Shown piece by piece: positions 52,129 through 64,000 of a DNA stretch of 64,000 nt. The notes beneath the pieces were generated by a model. It searched no databases, was not told the origin of the DNA, and saw only the letters and a program-made list of their open reading frames with translations. Source of the stretch: a candidate division FCPU426 bacterium (GTDB taxonomy: Bacteria; Oederibacteriota; JAAXVQ01; JAUVAV01); NCBI GenBank assembly GCA_040756875.1, contig JBFLYH010000001.1, forward strand, positions 832,001 to 896,000. The letters run 5' to 3'. Position 1 is the stretch's first letter. Every line of letters starts with the position of its first letter. The position numbers and the translations under genes are program-made.

Positions 52129-52491
52129 TCAGCGGCCATCCATGAATTTCGAGACCGCCGCAGCCTCATTGTCGGCAATTTGAAACAGCTCGGAAAAACC
52201 GAGCAGATCAAAAACCTTGTAAATTTTTGGCGACAGGTTGATCAGCACGATATCTCCGTGATTATCGCGGATTTCGTCGATCACACCCATGAATGTGCCC
52301 AACCCGGCGCTGCTGATGTAATCGAGTTGCGCCAAGTTGACGATGAGCTTGAATTTTTTATCCTTGATCAGACGGTTGAACGTCTCTTCAAGTTCGGCAA
52401 CGGTATAAGCGTCCAAGAATCCCTCGACATTCAATACGGTGCATTCGGGATTAAGCGAGGAACTTTGGACCGATACGTTGATTTTCTTCAT
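52129..52491 (-). CDS. STAS-domain anti-sigma-factor antagonist (RsbV/SpoIIAA-like)
   Basis: G.LDAYT, LDYISSAGLG (phospho-acceptor Ser) and KVFDLLG. Confidence 0.93.
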   Translation of the reverse strand: MKKINVSVQSSSLNPECTVLNVEGFLDAYTVAELEETFNRLIKDKKFKLIVNLAQLDYISSAGLGTFMGVIDEIRDNHGDIVLINLSPKIYKVFDLLGFSELFQIADNEAAAVSKFMDGR

Positions 52492-52596
52492 CCAGACACC
52501 TCCGCCTCAACAGCGTCCCGCTCAGATTCGGGGCGCGACCAGCTTTGAAGAGGCAGTTTAGCACAAATAATCGGTGAAAGAAAGTCTTTTTTATCC

Positions 52597-54117
52597 TCAA
52601 ACCACCTTGACCGTCACCAGCGTGATATCGTCGTGCTGTTCGGCCCCGGCCGTGAATTCCATGAGCTCGTTGACGATGATTTCGTTGATTTGCTTGGCTG
52701 AACCGTCCACTGAACGGCTGACCACTGCCGCCAGACGCTCTTCGGTGAATTCTTGTTCCTGTTTGTTCATGGCCTCGGTTACGCCGTCCGTATAAATCAG
52801 GAAGACGTCTCCCGGTTTTAAAGGAATATTCATGGCCTGCAGTTTTTTATCGAAACGGTCGCCGCTGTCAAGGCCCAGCGCGATTCCCGTGGGGTTATAC
52901 AGCTCCACTTTGCCGCCTTTGTGCCCCAGAATCATGGGGTTGTGCCCCGCGTTGGCGCAATTGATTACCTGGCGTTGCAGATCGATCAGGACATAAAACA
53001 TGGTAACGAACATTCCCCGTTTGATATCCTTAAACAGCAAGGAATTGGTCTTGGTCAGGATTTTATACGCATCCGCCAGATAAACCTGCGAACGCAAAAT
53101 GCTTCGGGTCATGACCATGCCCAGGGACCCGGGCACTCCCTTGCCCGAAACGTCGGCCACGGTCATGCCAAGCAGCTTGTCGCTTAGGCGGTGAAAATCG
53201 TAGTAATCCCCCCCCACTTCCTTGGCGGACTTGTAGAACGAGACAATTTCAAGCCCGGTGGCCACAGGATCTTCTTTCGGCAGCAACACGGCCTGGATTT
53301 TCCGGGCGGTTTCCAGTTCTTGTTCCATCTTCTCTTTTTCAATGAGGTTCTTCTGCGCGCTTTTCAAATCGCTGGTCATGCGATTGAACACGTTGGCCAG
53401 GTTGCCGATTTCATCCTGGCTTCTAACTGAAATGGAATAATCCAAATTGCCCTGGCCGATAATCATGGCACCCGCTTCCAACGCTTTGATCGGGCGAACG
53501 ATGACGCTCACTAAAATGAACGTCACCACGATTCCCGTCAAAACGAAGCCGATGGCCAGGATAATGATCTGCATCAACGCGGACTGGATTAATGCGTCGA
53601 TCAAGGATTGGGAAAGGCCGATATGAACCTCCCCCAGTTTGGCTTGATCTTGAAGCAACACCGGGACGGCAATGTTGACTGTCTTGGTGTTCTTGAATTG
53701 AAAGGGCTTCGAAATCGCCAGATTGCGGTTCCCCAGCGGTTCCACTCCCGGTGGGCGCTGGTAGGTTTTGCCGGCTTCCGAAATATTATTATGGGCCAAA
53801 ATCATCCCGTCTTCATCCACCAGCAATGCATACATCACGCCTTTATTACCCAGGGCATCTTTGACCAGAGTGGCAAGCGGCAGGATCTCGCCGCGCAAAA
53901 GCGGTTTTTCCGCATTCACCGCCATATTCTTGGCAATCGTGATACCGCGCTGCTCCATCTCGGCGCGCAAAGCTTTTTCCTCGCCCCGCAGCGCGAAATA
54001 ACTGATGGAAATGATGGTTAAGGAAAGCAAGAGCGTAATGGAAGCACCGAATTTAAACCGCAGGCCTCTTTTGGATTTGGGAATGGCGGGAGCCCGGGTG
54101 ACGCTTTCGGTTGGCAT
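52597..54117 (-). CDS. Membrane HAMP + SpoIIE/RsbU-type PP2C phosphatase
   Basis: Two TM segments with a periplasmic domain, HAMP, VGGDYYD, ADVSGKG, NAGH, YTDGVTEA and DDIT. Confidence 0.93.
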   Translation of the reverse strand: MPTESVTRAPAIPKSKRGLRFKFGASITLLLSLTIISISYFALRGEEKALRAEMEQRGITIAKNMAVNAEKPLLRGEILPLATLVKDALGNKGVMYALLVDEDGMILAHNNISEAGKTYQRPPGVEPLGNRNLAISKPFQFKNTKTVNIAVPVLLQDQAKLGEVHIGLSQSLIDALIQSALMQIIILAIGFVLTGIVVTFILVSVIVRPIKALEAGAMIIGQGNLDYSISVRSQDEIGNLANVFNRMTSDLKSAQKNLIEKEKMEQELETARKIQAVLLPKEDPVATGLEIVSFYKSAKEVGGDYYDFHRLSDKLLGMTVADVSGKGVPGSLGMVMTRSILRSQVYLADAYKILTKTNSLLFKDIKRGMFVTMFYVLIDLQRQVINCANAGHNPMILGHKGGKVELYNPTGIALGLDSGDRFDKKLQAMNIPLKPGDVFLIYTDGVTEAMNKQEQEFTEERLAAVVSRSVDGSAKQINEIIVNELMEFTAGAEQHDDITLVTVKVV

Positions 54118-54297
54118 GGATACCTTTCCCCTACGCGGCCATAACTCCGGGCCGATCCCCGGGAAAGTTTTCCTTACAATCACCCAGGGATAAAGATGTC
54201 GGATTTCGCCTTGCCGGCCTGCATAAGCCAAACAAGCGCAGCGCACATAGAGATGGCGGTTTTCCGGGCGATTCCCCGAAAATCCGCTTTAGGATGC

Positions 54298-56268
54298 TTA
54301 CTGAGTTTTAATACCACGTTTTTCCATTTCTTTCAATTCCATTTCCGCCTTGGTGATGGAACTTTTAGCTTCTTGGTTCTCGGGATCCAGCACGAGAATT
54401 TTCCGCCAAACTTCAATGGCCCGGCGGTTTTGTCCGTCAAGGTACAAGGAAACGCCGTCGTAGTATAGTTTCTTGATTTCTTCCTTGCTGACGGTAACCT
54501 GGGCCGCCTTGCCGGTCAGATTGGTGAGGTATTCGCTGGCTTCGGCATTGTCAGGATCCAGCTTCAACACCTCGTTGAACTTCTCCTTGGCTTCCGTCGC
54601 CCTCCCGGAATTGACCAATTCCACACCGCGCGCCATGAGCGCTTTGACATTCTCGCGCAATTGGGTGCGGGTTTTATAAAGCAAATTCTTGATCCCCTGA
54701 TCGTTGGAATCCAGTTCCGCAGCCCGCTCCAGGCTGAATATCGCCTCGCGCAGCTTCCCTTGGGAAAGCAGTTCGATGCCCTTGCGATAATTCTTTTCGG
54801 TCCCCGACTTCTGCTCGTTTTGAATTTGATTGACGTATTTTTGCGCCAGCAGGTTTGACGGGTCCCGTTTCAGCGTCGTCTTGAAATCCTGAAGCGCGGC
54901 TTTCATGTTTCCATGTTTGATGCTGTCCAAAGCCAGGGCCGCCCCGATCTCCTCTTTTTCCTGTTTCTTCAATTGGACCTTGTCCAGTCCGGCGCGAGCC
55001 TGCGAATTCTTGGGATCGAGTTTCAGGGCGGCATGAAATTCGCGGTAGGCGTCCTGCTGCATATTCTGAAGCAGGAAAGTCTCGCCTTGCGCGACATGTT
55101 CTTTAATCTTGGCATCCAGTTTGACCTGGGCCGTTTGGATAAACTTATTGGCGGTTTCGTTTTTAGGATCCAGCTTCAGTACGTTGTTCCACGCTTGCAC
55201 CGCTTCCTCAAAATCGCCTTCGAAATAATCTTTGCTTCCCTTGCGCAAATAATGATCAATGGCTTTGGCGCGGACCGAACTATAGGAGCGTTTAGTCGTA
55301 CGGTCATCCGGCTGAAGTTTCAGCATCTGGCGGTAGTAATATAGCGCCTTGATATATTCGCCTTTGTCTTCATACGCAATGGCGATTTGGCGGTAGGCGT
55401 CCATGTAGTTTTTATTTAACTTCAACGCCTGTTTGAATTTCTTGATGGCAATTTCCAAATTGGCGTTTTTATAGGCGATCAGTCCCAGGCCATACTGGCT
55501 GACCGCGTCCCCGGGATTGATGCGAGAGGCTCTGGTGAAATTATCAAACGCATCCTGCATCTCCCCCTTGTACAAAGACGCGAAAGCCAGATGATTCAAC
55601 ATCGTGGCGTTTTCCGGCAAATTCCCTTTGGATTGTTGGACCAGCTTGATCACGTCGCTGTATTTTTGCTGATCCAGGTATAATTGGGCCAGACGGTCGT
55701 AGGCGGACAAAGATTTCGGATCCGCCTTGATGAGCCGCTTATAGGCGCCCACCGCTTCATCAATGCGGTTTAAGGTCGAATAGATAAAGGCGAGGTTGGT
55801 CAGGGCATCCACGTTATCCGATTGCAGACGCAGACTCTCTTGCAGGCTGTTAATCGCCTGATCCACTTTGTTCTGGTTGAAATAGACCAGACTGAGGTTG
55901 TTACGGGCATCAATATTGTTGGCGTTTATTGTCAGCGTCTTGTTGAGGTATTTTTCCGCCTCACCCAATTGACCCAAGCGCAGGTGAACGGCTCCCAGCA
56001 GAACTAAGGCTTCCTCATCTTGAGGATCGATGCTGATCACATTGGTCAGGGATTTAATCGCATCCTCATAACGCCCTTTTTGGTAGAAATACAAACCAAG
56101 ATTGAAATGAGCATTGGGGTTATTCGGCTCGGCTGCAACCGTAGCTTGAAGTTTGGACAGGGATTTATCTTCGGCTAAAGAAAAAACTGGCAAGCACAGC
56201 AGAAATCCGATCACGCACAGCCACAGACTCCTGCCCATTTTATCGGCGACTTTCTGCTTCATGAACAT
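54298..56268 (-). CDS. Exported tetratricopeptide-repeat protein
   Basis: Signal-peptide-like N-terminus followed by many TPR units (A..NLG..Y...G.Y..A, ..LDP.N..A). Confidence 0.9.
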   Translation of the reverse strand: MFMKQKVADKMGRSLWLCVIGFLLCLPVFSLAEDKSLSKLQATVAAEPNNPNAHFNLGLYFYQKGRYEDAIKSLTNVISIDPQDEEALVLLGAVHLRLGQLGEAEKYLNKTLTINANNIDARNNLSLVYFNQNKVDQAINSLQESLRLQSDNVDALTNLAFIYSTLNRIDEAVGAYKRLIKADPKSLSAYDRLAQLYLDQQKYSDVIKLVQQSKGNLPENATMLNHLAFASLYKGEMQDAFDNFTRASRINPGDAVSQYGLGLIAYKNANLEIAIKKFKQALKLNKNYMDAYRQIAIAYEDKGEYIKALYYYRQMLKLQPDDRTTKRSYSSVRAKAIDHYLRKGSKDYFEGDFEEAVQAWNNVLKLDPKNETANKFIQTAQVKLDAKIKEHVAQGETFLLQNMQQDAYREFHAALKLDPKNSQARAGLDKVQLKKQEKEEIGAALALDSIKHGNMKAALQDFKTTLKRDPSNLLAQKYVNQIQNEQKSGTEKNYRKGIELLSQGKLREAIFSLERAAELDSNDQGIKNLLYKTRTQLRENVKALMARGVELVNSGRATEAKEKFNEVLKLDPDNAEASEYLTNLTGKAAQVTVSKEEIKKLYYDGVSLYLDGQNRRAIEVWRKILVLDPENQEAKSSITKAEMELKEMEKRGIKTQ

Positions 56269-56325
56269 TAATGTGGCCTTCTTCCCAGAAAAAGTCTTGG
56301 CCTAAGTGATTTTAGTTACGGTATA

Positions 56326-56354
56326 ACTATAATTCTTTTTATGTTTTTTGTCAA
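56326..56354 (-). promoter_or_regulatory. sigma70-type promoter of the TPR/partner-switching operon
   Basis: TTGACA (56354-56349), 17-nt spacer, TATAGT (56331-56326) within a very AT-rich tract. Confidence 0.75.
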
Positions 56355-56457
56355 ATTTTATTATGATATTTTGTAAGTTATGTCAGTTTTTTTTTGTTCC
56401 AAAATTTGTATGTTTTTTTTAATTATTTTTGTTTTTACAATTAGATTTAAAGGTTTT

Positions 56458-56533
56458 TGGTGAGCCGGGAGAGGCTCGAACTCTCGACACCCGCCTTAAA
56501 AGGGCGGTGCTCTACCTACTGAGCTACCGGCTC
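56458..56533 (-). tRNA. tRNA-Lys(TTT)
   Basis: 76 nt GAGCCGGTAGCTCAGTAGGTAGAGC-ACCGCC-CTTTTAA-GGCGG...GTTCGAG...CCA. Confidence 0.95.
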
Positions 56534-56538
56534 ATTAT

Positions 56539-59431
<2,893 letters not shown>

Positions 59432-59501
59432 GCCCTTCCCCTCCCCATTTCCATACCCCGCCGCCGGTTCACGTCATCCCTGCCGTGCGGGGATATGATT
59501 T

Positions 59502-60650
59502 TTATCCAAACAGGACTTTTTCCGCGGCTGTCACGCCCGCGCCCAAGGTGAAGGAATATCCCTGTTCGCGCAAGGCCCGTTCCACGGCCGCAATCGTGGC
59601 GATGACGTCCCATTCATCCGCATAGCCAAGATGGCCGATGCGGAAAATAGAATCTTTCACTTTCCCCTGCCCGCCTGCCAGCGTAATGCCGTAGGTGTCA
59701 CGGATGGTTTTGAACAACTTTTTGCCGTCAACCCCGGCCGGCACCACGATGGACGTCACGGCATTGCTGGGCTGGCCGGTGCTGAAGAGTTTTAAACCCA
59801 AGGCCTGCACCGCCGCTCGTGTGGCCGCGCCCATTTTCGCGTGCCTAGCCCAGACAGCTTCCAGGCCTTCCTGTTCGATGAGCTTGACGGATTCCGCCAG
59901 CTGCAGGATCAGGGAAATCGAAGGCGTGTAGGGAGTATTGGCCAAGGCCTCTTCCGTCATGGATTTTTGGGCCTTTTCCCAGCTGAAGTAAAATTTGGGC
60001 AGCTTGGATGCCTTGGCCAGGGTCCAGGCCTTGGCGGAAATCGAGACCATAGCCAGCCCGGGCGGGATCATCAGCCCTTTTTGAGCGCCGACCACGACCA
60101 CATCCGCGTGCCATTCATCCGTTTTAAGCGGGATGGCGCCAAGTCCGGAAATGGCGTCCACCACCAGGACCGCCTGGGTTTTGGCCACGATCTTTCCGAT
60201 CGCCTCGATGTCGGATTCCACGCCCGTGGAAGTTTCGGATAAAGTGGTGTAGACGGCTTTAATGTTCTGATTCGCAGCCAGCCGTTTTTCGATTTCCTCG
60301 GGGCTGACACTGGCTCCCCACTCTACTTCGTAATGATCCGCCTCCACGCCGTAAGCTTTGGCGATGGAGGTCCAGCGGTTTCCGAAATTTCCACAGGAAG
60401 CCACCAGGATTTTATCCTGCGGGGAGCACAGATTGACCACCGCAGACTCCATGCCGCCGGTGCCTGCGGCCGGGAAAATAAGCATGTCGTTTTGGGTTTT
60501 GAACACCCGTTTCAGACCGGCGACCACCTCGGTCAACAGCTGCCGGAACGCCGGCGTCCGGTGGTGGATGATCGGTTTTGAGGCCTCCGCCAAAACGGTC
60601 GGCGGTATATCCGTGGGACCCGGGGTCATTAAACGTTTCTTGAAAAGCAT
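59502..60650 (-). CDS. Class V aminotransferase (alanine-glyoxylate/serine-pyruvate family; probable SerC substitute)
   Basis: MTPGPT, ETSTGV, VDAIS, QKGLMIPPGL and FRIGHLG; directly upstream of serA. Confidence 0.9.
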   Translation of the reverse strand: MLFKKRLMTPGPTDIPPTVLAEASKPIIHHRTPAFRQLLTEVVAGLKRVFKTQNDMLIFPAAGTGGMESAVVNLCSPQDKILVASCGNFGNRWTSIAKAYGVEADHYEVEWGASVSPEEIEKRLAANQNIKAVYTTLSETSTGVESDIEAIGKIVAKTQAVLVVDAISGLGAIPLKTDEWHADVVVVGAQKGLMIPPGLAMVSISAKAWTLAKASKLPKFYFSWEKAQKSMTEEALANTPYTPSISLILQLAESVKLIEQEGLEAVWARHAKMGAATRAAVQALGLKLFSTGQPSNAVTSIVVPAGVDGKKLFKTIRDTYGITLAGGQGKVKDSIFRIGHLGYADEWDVIATIAAVERALREQGYSFTLGAGVTAAEKVLFG

Positions 60651-60786
60651 GGCCGATGGCCTCCTTGGGCGAAGTCATTTCACGCCCGGCAAGGTGTTTT
60701 TTGCTTTTAAGACCGCGACACTCTAACATATTTGCTGCGCGGAAACAAGGGAAAGAGCTGAAAATTTAACGTGAATGCCCCGGATT

Positions 60787-63225
60787 TCAGCAGATATGCC
60801 GGCCGGGCGTCTCGGTCGGCGTCAGGGTGGGCAAAGGTTTGAGTCCGCGGGAGCGGCGAGACCGAGGCGTTGGTTTCGGCGGTTGCAGCAGGGCAATATT
60901 CAGCACCTCGGCCATGCCTTCGACCAGGTGCAAATCCAGGTTTTTTTTGACTTCCGTAGGCAAATTGGCCAGGTCTTTGGTGTTTTCCGTGGGAAGGATC
61001 ACGGTTTTAATGCCGGCCCGCATGGCAGCCAGCAGCTTTTCCTTGAGGCCGCCAATAGCCAGAATCCTCCCCCGCAGCGTGATTTCACCGGTCATGGCCA
61101 CCTGGCGTTTGACCGGGATCCCCGACAACGCTGAGATGATGGCTGTGGCAATGGCGATCCCGGCCGAAGGTCCGTCCTTGGGAATGGCGCCCTCGGGCAC
61201 ATGGATATGGATATCCGTTTTGGCGTAAAAGTCCTCGGCCAATTTCAAGTCGCGGCTGTGCGCCCGCGCGAAGGACATCGCGGCTTGGGCGGATTCTTTC
61301 ATCACTTCCCCCAGCTTTCCGGTCAGGATCAGTTGTCCCTTGCCGGGCATGAGCGTGACCTCCACCAGCAGGATCTCGCCCCCCACCTCGGTCCAGGCCA
61401 GTCCGGTGGACACGCCGACCTGGTTTTGGCGCTCGCTTTTGCGTTTCAGGAATTTCGGCGGGCCCAGAAACTTGGTCAATTGGGTTTCAGTGAGTCGCAA
61501 CCCCTTGGCCCCCAGCTTGTTTTCCACTTTCAGCCGGCTGCACTTGCGCATGACTGTCGCCAGTTCCCGGTTAAGGTTCCGCACGCCGGCTTCGGAGGTA
61601 TAACCGGTGATGATTTTTTCCAGGATTTTCCGTGGAATGGAAAGGTCCTGCCCGGTCAAACCGTGCTCTGACATCAGGCGGACGATCAGATGCTTTTCGG
61701 CGATCTGGATTTTCTCTTCCTGCGTATATCCGGGAATCTCGATCACTTCCATGCGGTCCCGCAGCGTCGGATGCAGGTGGTGCATGACGTTGGCCGTGGC
61801 GATGAACATGATCTCAGAAAGGTCGAAATTCGCATCCAGGTAATGATCGTTGAAGGCCGCGTTTTGCTCCGGATCGAGCACTTCCAACAGCGCTGCAGCC
61901 GGATCGCCGCGGAAATCAGAGCCGATTTTGTCCAATTCGTCGAGCAGCAGCAGCGGGTTCTTGCTTTTGGCGTTTTTCAGCGACTGAATGATACGGCCGG
62001 GCATGGCCCCGATGTAGGTGCGCCGGTGTCCGCGGATTTCCGCCTCGTCGCGCACGCCGCCGAGCGATATGCGCACGAAGTTGCGGTTCAGCGCGAGGGC
62101 GACGGAGCGCGCCAGGGAGGTCTTGCCCACGCCGGGAGGCCCCACCAGGCAGAGGATGGGCCCTTTATGGCCCGGCGACAGCTTCCGGACCGCCAGGTAT
62201 TCCAGAATCCGCTCCTTGACGTGTTTCAACCCGTAATGATCCCGCTCCAACTGCCGGGCCACGTTGCGTAAATCGAGTTTTTCCCGGGTACGCACGGCCC
62301 ACGGCAATGCGATCAGCCAATCCACGTAAGTGCGGATCACCGTCGCCTCGGGCGACATGGCCTGCATGCGGTCCAGACGGGACAATTCCTTAAGCGCCTT
62401 TTCCTCCACGTCCTTGGGCATGCCGGCCTTCTTGATTTTGTGGCTCAATTCGTCGATCTCGGATTCATCGTCCTTCTGGCCGAGTTCGCGACGGATGGCT
62501 TTCATCTGTTCCTGGAGATAATACTCCTTTTGGCTGTGCTCCATCTGCTTGCGGACCCGCCCCTTGATGCGCCGCTCGATTTCCAGAATTTCGATTTCAG
62601 CCAGCAGTTGGTGGGAAAGGAGTTCCAGGCGTTCGCGGATGTCCACGGCTTCGAGGAGCTTCTGCTTGTCCTCGATCTTGGACCATAGATTGGCGGCGAT
62701 GATGTCGGCCAGCCTGCCGGTTTCCTCAATGTGGTTGACCGACGAAACCACGTCGGCTGACACCTTTTTATTCAAGCGGGCGTACTGCTCGAACAATTCC
62801 ACGTTGTTTCGCATCAGGGCTTTTACCGTGGCATCGACCTCGACGGCTTCGGGCAGGTCCTCGCAGACGGCGGTCACATGCCGGTCCGCGGACTGGAACG
62901 AAGCGAAACGGATGCGCCGCTGCCCTTCCACCAGCACCTTGAGGGTGTTGTCAGGCATCCTCAAGACCTGCAGGATCTGGGCGCGCGTGCCGATGGCGAA
63001 GAGGTCCTCCGGGGAAGGATCGTCGATCTGGGCATGGCGCTGGGCGCAGAGGGCGATCATGCGGTTTTGCAACATGGCCGCTTCCAGGGCGACCACGGAT
63101 TTTTCCCGGCCCACGAACAGCGGGGTGATCATATGGGGGAAAACCACCAAATCGCGCAACGGCATGACCGGCAGCGTGGCGGAACCTGGGGTTTTGGTTT
63201 TAGCGGCGTTTTTTTCCATGCTCAT
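60787..63225 (-). CDS. lon: ATP-dependent protease La (Lon)
   Basis: [38 protein letters not shown] and GGLKEK. Confidence 0.98.
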   Translation of the reverse strand: MSMEKNAAKTKTPGSATLPVMPLRDLVVFPHMITPLFVGREKSVVALEAAMLQNRMIALCAQRHAQIDDPSPEDLFAIGTRAQILQVLRMPDNTLKVLVEGQRRIRFASFQSADRHVTAVCEDLPEAVEVDATVKALMRNNVELFEQYARLNKKVSADVVSSVNHIEETGRLADIIAANLWSKIEDKQKLLEAVDIRERLELLSHQLLAEIEILEIERRIKGRVRKQMEHSQKEYYLQEQMKAIRRELGQKDDESEIDELSHKIKKAGMPKDVEEKALKELSRLDRMQAMSPEATVIRTYVDWLIALPWAVRTREKLDLRNVARQLERDHYGLKHVKERILEYLAVRKLSPGHKGPILCLVGPPGVGKTSLARSVALALNRNFVRISLGGVRDEAEIRGHRRTYIGAMPGRIIQSLKNAKSKNPLLLLDELDKIGSDFRGDPAAALLEVLDPEQNAAFNDHYLDANFDLSEIMFIATANVMHHLHPTLRDRMEVIEIPGYTQEEKIQIAEKHLIVRLMSEHGLTGQDLSIPRKILEKIITGYTSEAGVRNLNRELATVMRKCSRLKVENKLGAKGLRLTETQLTKFLGPPKFLKRKSERQNQVGVSTGLAWTEVGGEILLVEVTLMPGKGQLILTGKLGEVMKESAQAAMSFARAHSRDLKLAEDFYAKTDIHIHVPEGAIPKDGPSAGIAIATAIISALSGIPVKRQVAMTGEITLRGRILAIGGLKEKLLAAMRAGIKTVILPTENTKDLANLPTEVKKNLDLHLVEGMAEVLNIALLQPPKPTPRSRRSRGLKPLPTLTPTETPGRHIC

Positions 63226-63241
63226 GACTCCGCTCCTTTCT

Positions 63242-64000
63242 TCAGGCCAGTTTTTCCCGGCGCTCCTCTGCGGCAAGGATCAGTTCCGGTTTGGCCTGGC
63301 CCCGGATGACCTCCGGCGTGATCACGCAAGCCCGCACGTCCTCCCGACCGGGAAGTTCGTACATGAGGTCGAGCATAATATCTTCGAGGACCGCGCGCAA
63401 ACCCCGGGCGCCCGTTTTTCTCGACAGGCTTTCCCTGGCCACTTCGCGTTGCGCCTCGGGGGTGATGGTGAGCTTGACGCCTTCCAGGGCGAAAAACTTC
63501 TGGTACTGTTTGACCAGCGCGTTCTTTGGTTCCGAAAGGATCTTGACCAGCGCTTCCTCGTCCAAATCGTGCAAGGCCGCGACCACGGGCAGGCGGCCGA
63601 CGAACTCCGGGATCAGCCCGAACTGGATCAAATCCTCGGGCTGCACCAGCTGGCGGAGGTCATCCGGCGTGGGCGCGTGCCCTTGCGCCGCGCTCGCGCC
63701 GAATCCGATCATCTTTTTGCGCACCCGCCGTTCCACGATCTTTTCGAGGCCGATGAACGCGCCGCCGCAGATAAACAGGATGTTCGCGGTATCCACCTTG
63801 ATGTATTCCTGGTGCGGATGCTTGCGCCCCCCTTTCGGGGGAACATTGGCGGTGGTGCCTTCGATGATTTTCAACAAAGCCTGCTGCACGCCTTCCCCGG
63901 ACACATCGCGGGTGATGGAGGGGTTTTCGCTCTTACGGCCGATCTTGTCAATTTCGTCTATGTAGACGATGCCCCGCTGGGTCGCTTCCAAATCATACCC
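63242..64000 (-). CDS. clpX: ATP-dependent Clp protease ATP-binding subunit ClpX (5' part outside window)
   Basis: [31 protein letters not shown] loop and TGARGLR. Confidence 0.97.
   Translation of the reverse strand, partial: GYDLEATQRGIVYIDEIDKIGRKSENPSITRDVSGEGVQQALLKIIEGTTANVPPKGGRKHPHQEYIKVDTANILFICGGAFIGLEKIVERRVRKKMIGFGASAAQGHAPTPDDLRQLVQPEDLIQFGLIPEFVGRLPVVAALHDLDEEALVKILSEPKNALVKQYQKFFALEGVKLTITPEAQREVARESLSRKTGARGLRAVLEDIMLDLMYELPGREDVRACVITPEVIRGQAKPELILAAEERREKLA

Noticed and set aside
56320-56335. TAACTATAA resembling a homing-endonuclease site
   Set aside because: Only a short partial match, explained by the -10 box of the promoter.

Overview
Core-genome window of a high-GC diderm bacterium (lptF/lptG, lnt and an outer-membrane beta-barrel are present), probably from a poorly characterised lineage. 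Most genes are on the minus strand. It holds a partial rRNA operon (16S, tRNA-Ile, tRNA-Ala, 5' part of 23S), tRNA-Leu(GAG), tRNA-Lys(TTT), housekeeping genes (clpX partial, lon, serA, purA, greA, coaD, dtd, rsfS, radC, lnt), a split opp/dpp peptide transporter and an Mre11/Rad50-like (YhaO/YhaN-type) pair. Four things stand out. (1) A 2111-aa SprA/Sov-like translocon with extra N-terminal fibronectin-III repeats sits near a Thr-rich exported protein with a T9SS-type C-terminal domain, suggesting a divergent type IX-like secretion system. (2) A sigma-factor-less partner-switching operon (periplasmic TPR, PP2C, STAS, an Ig/zinc-ribbon RsbW-like kinase) is coupled to a diguanylate cyclase. (3) Active and degenerate REC-GGDEF paralogues flank tRNA-Leu. 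(4) A GH35-like protein appears catalytically dead. No CRISPR array, integrase or transposase was seen. All product calls come from reading motifs by eye, not from database searches.
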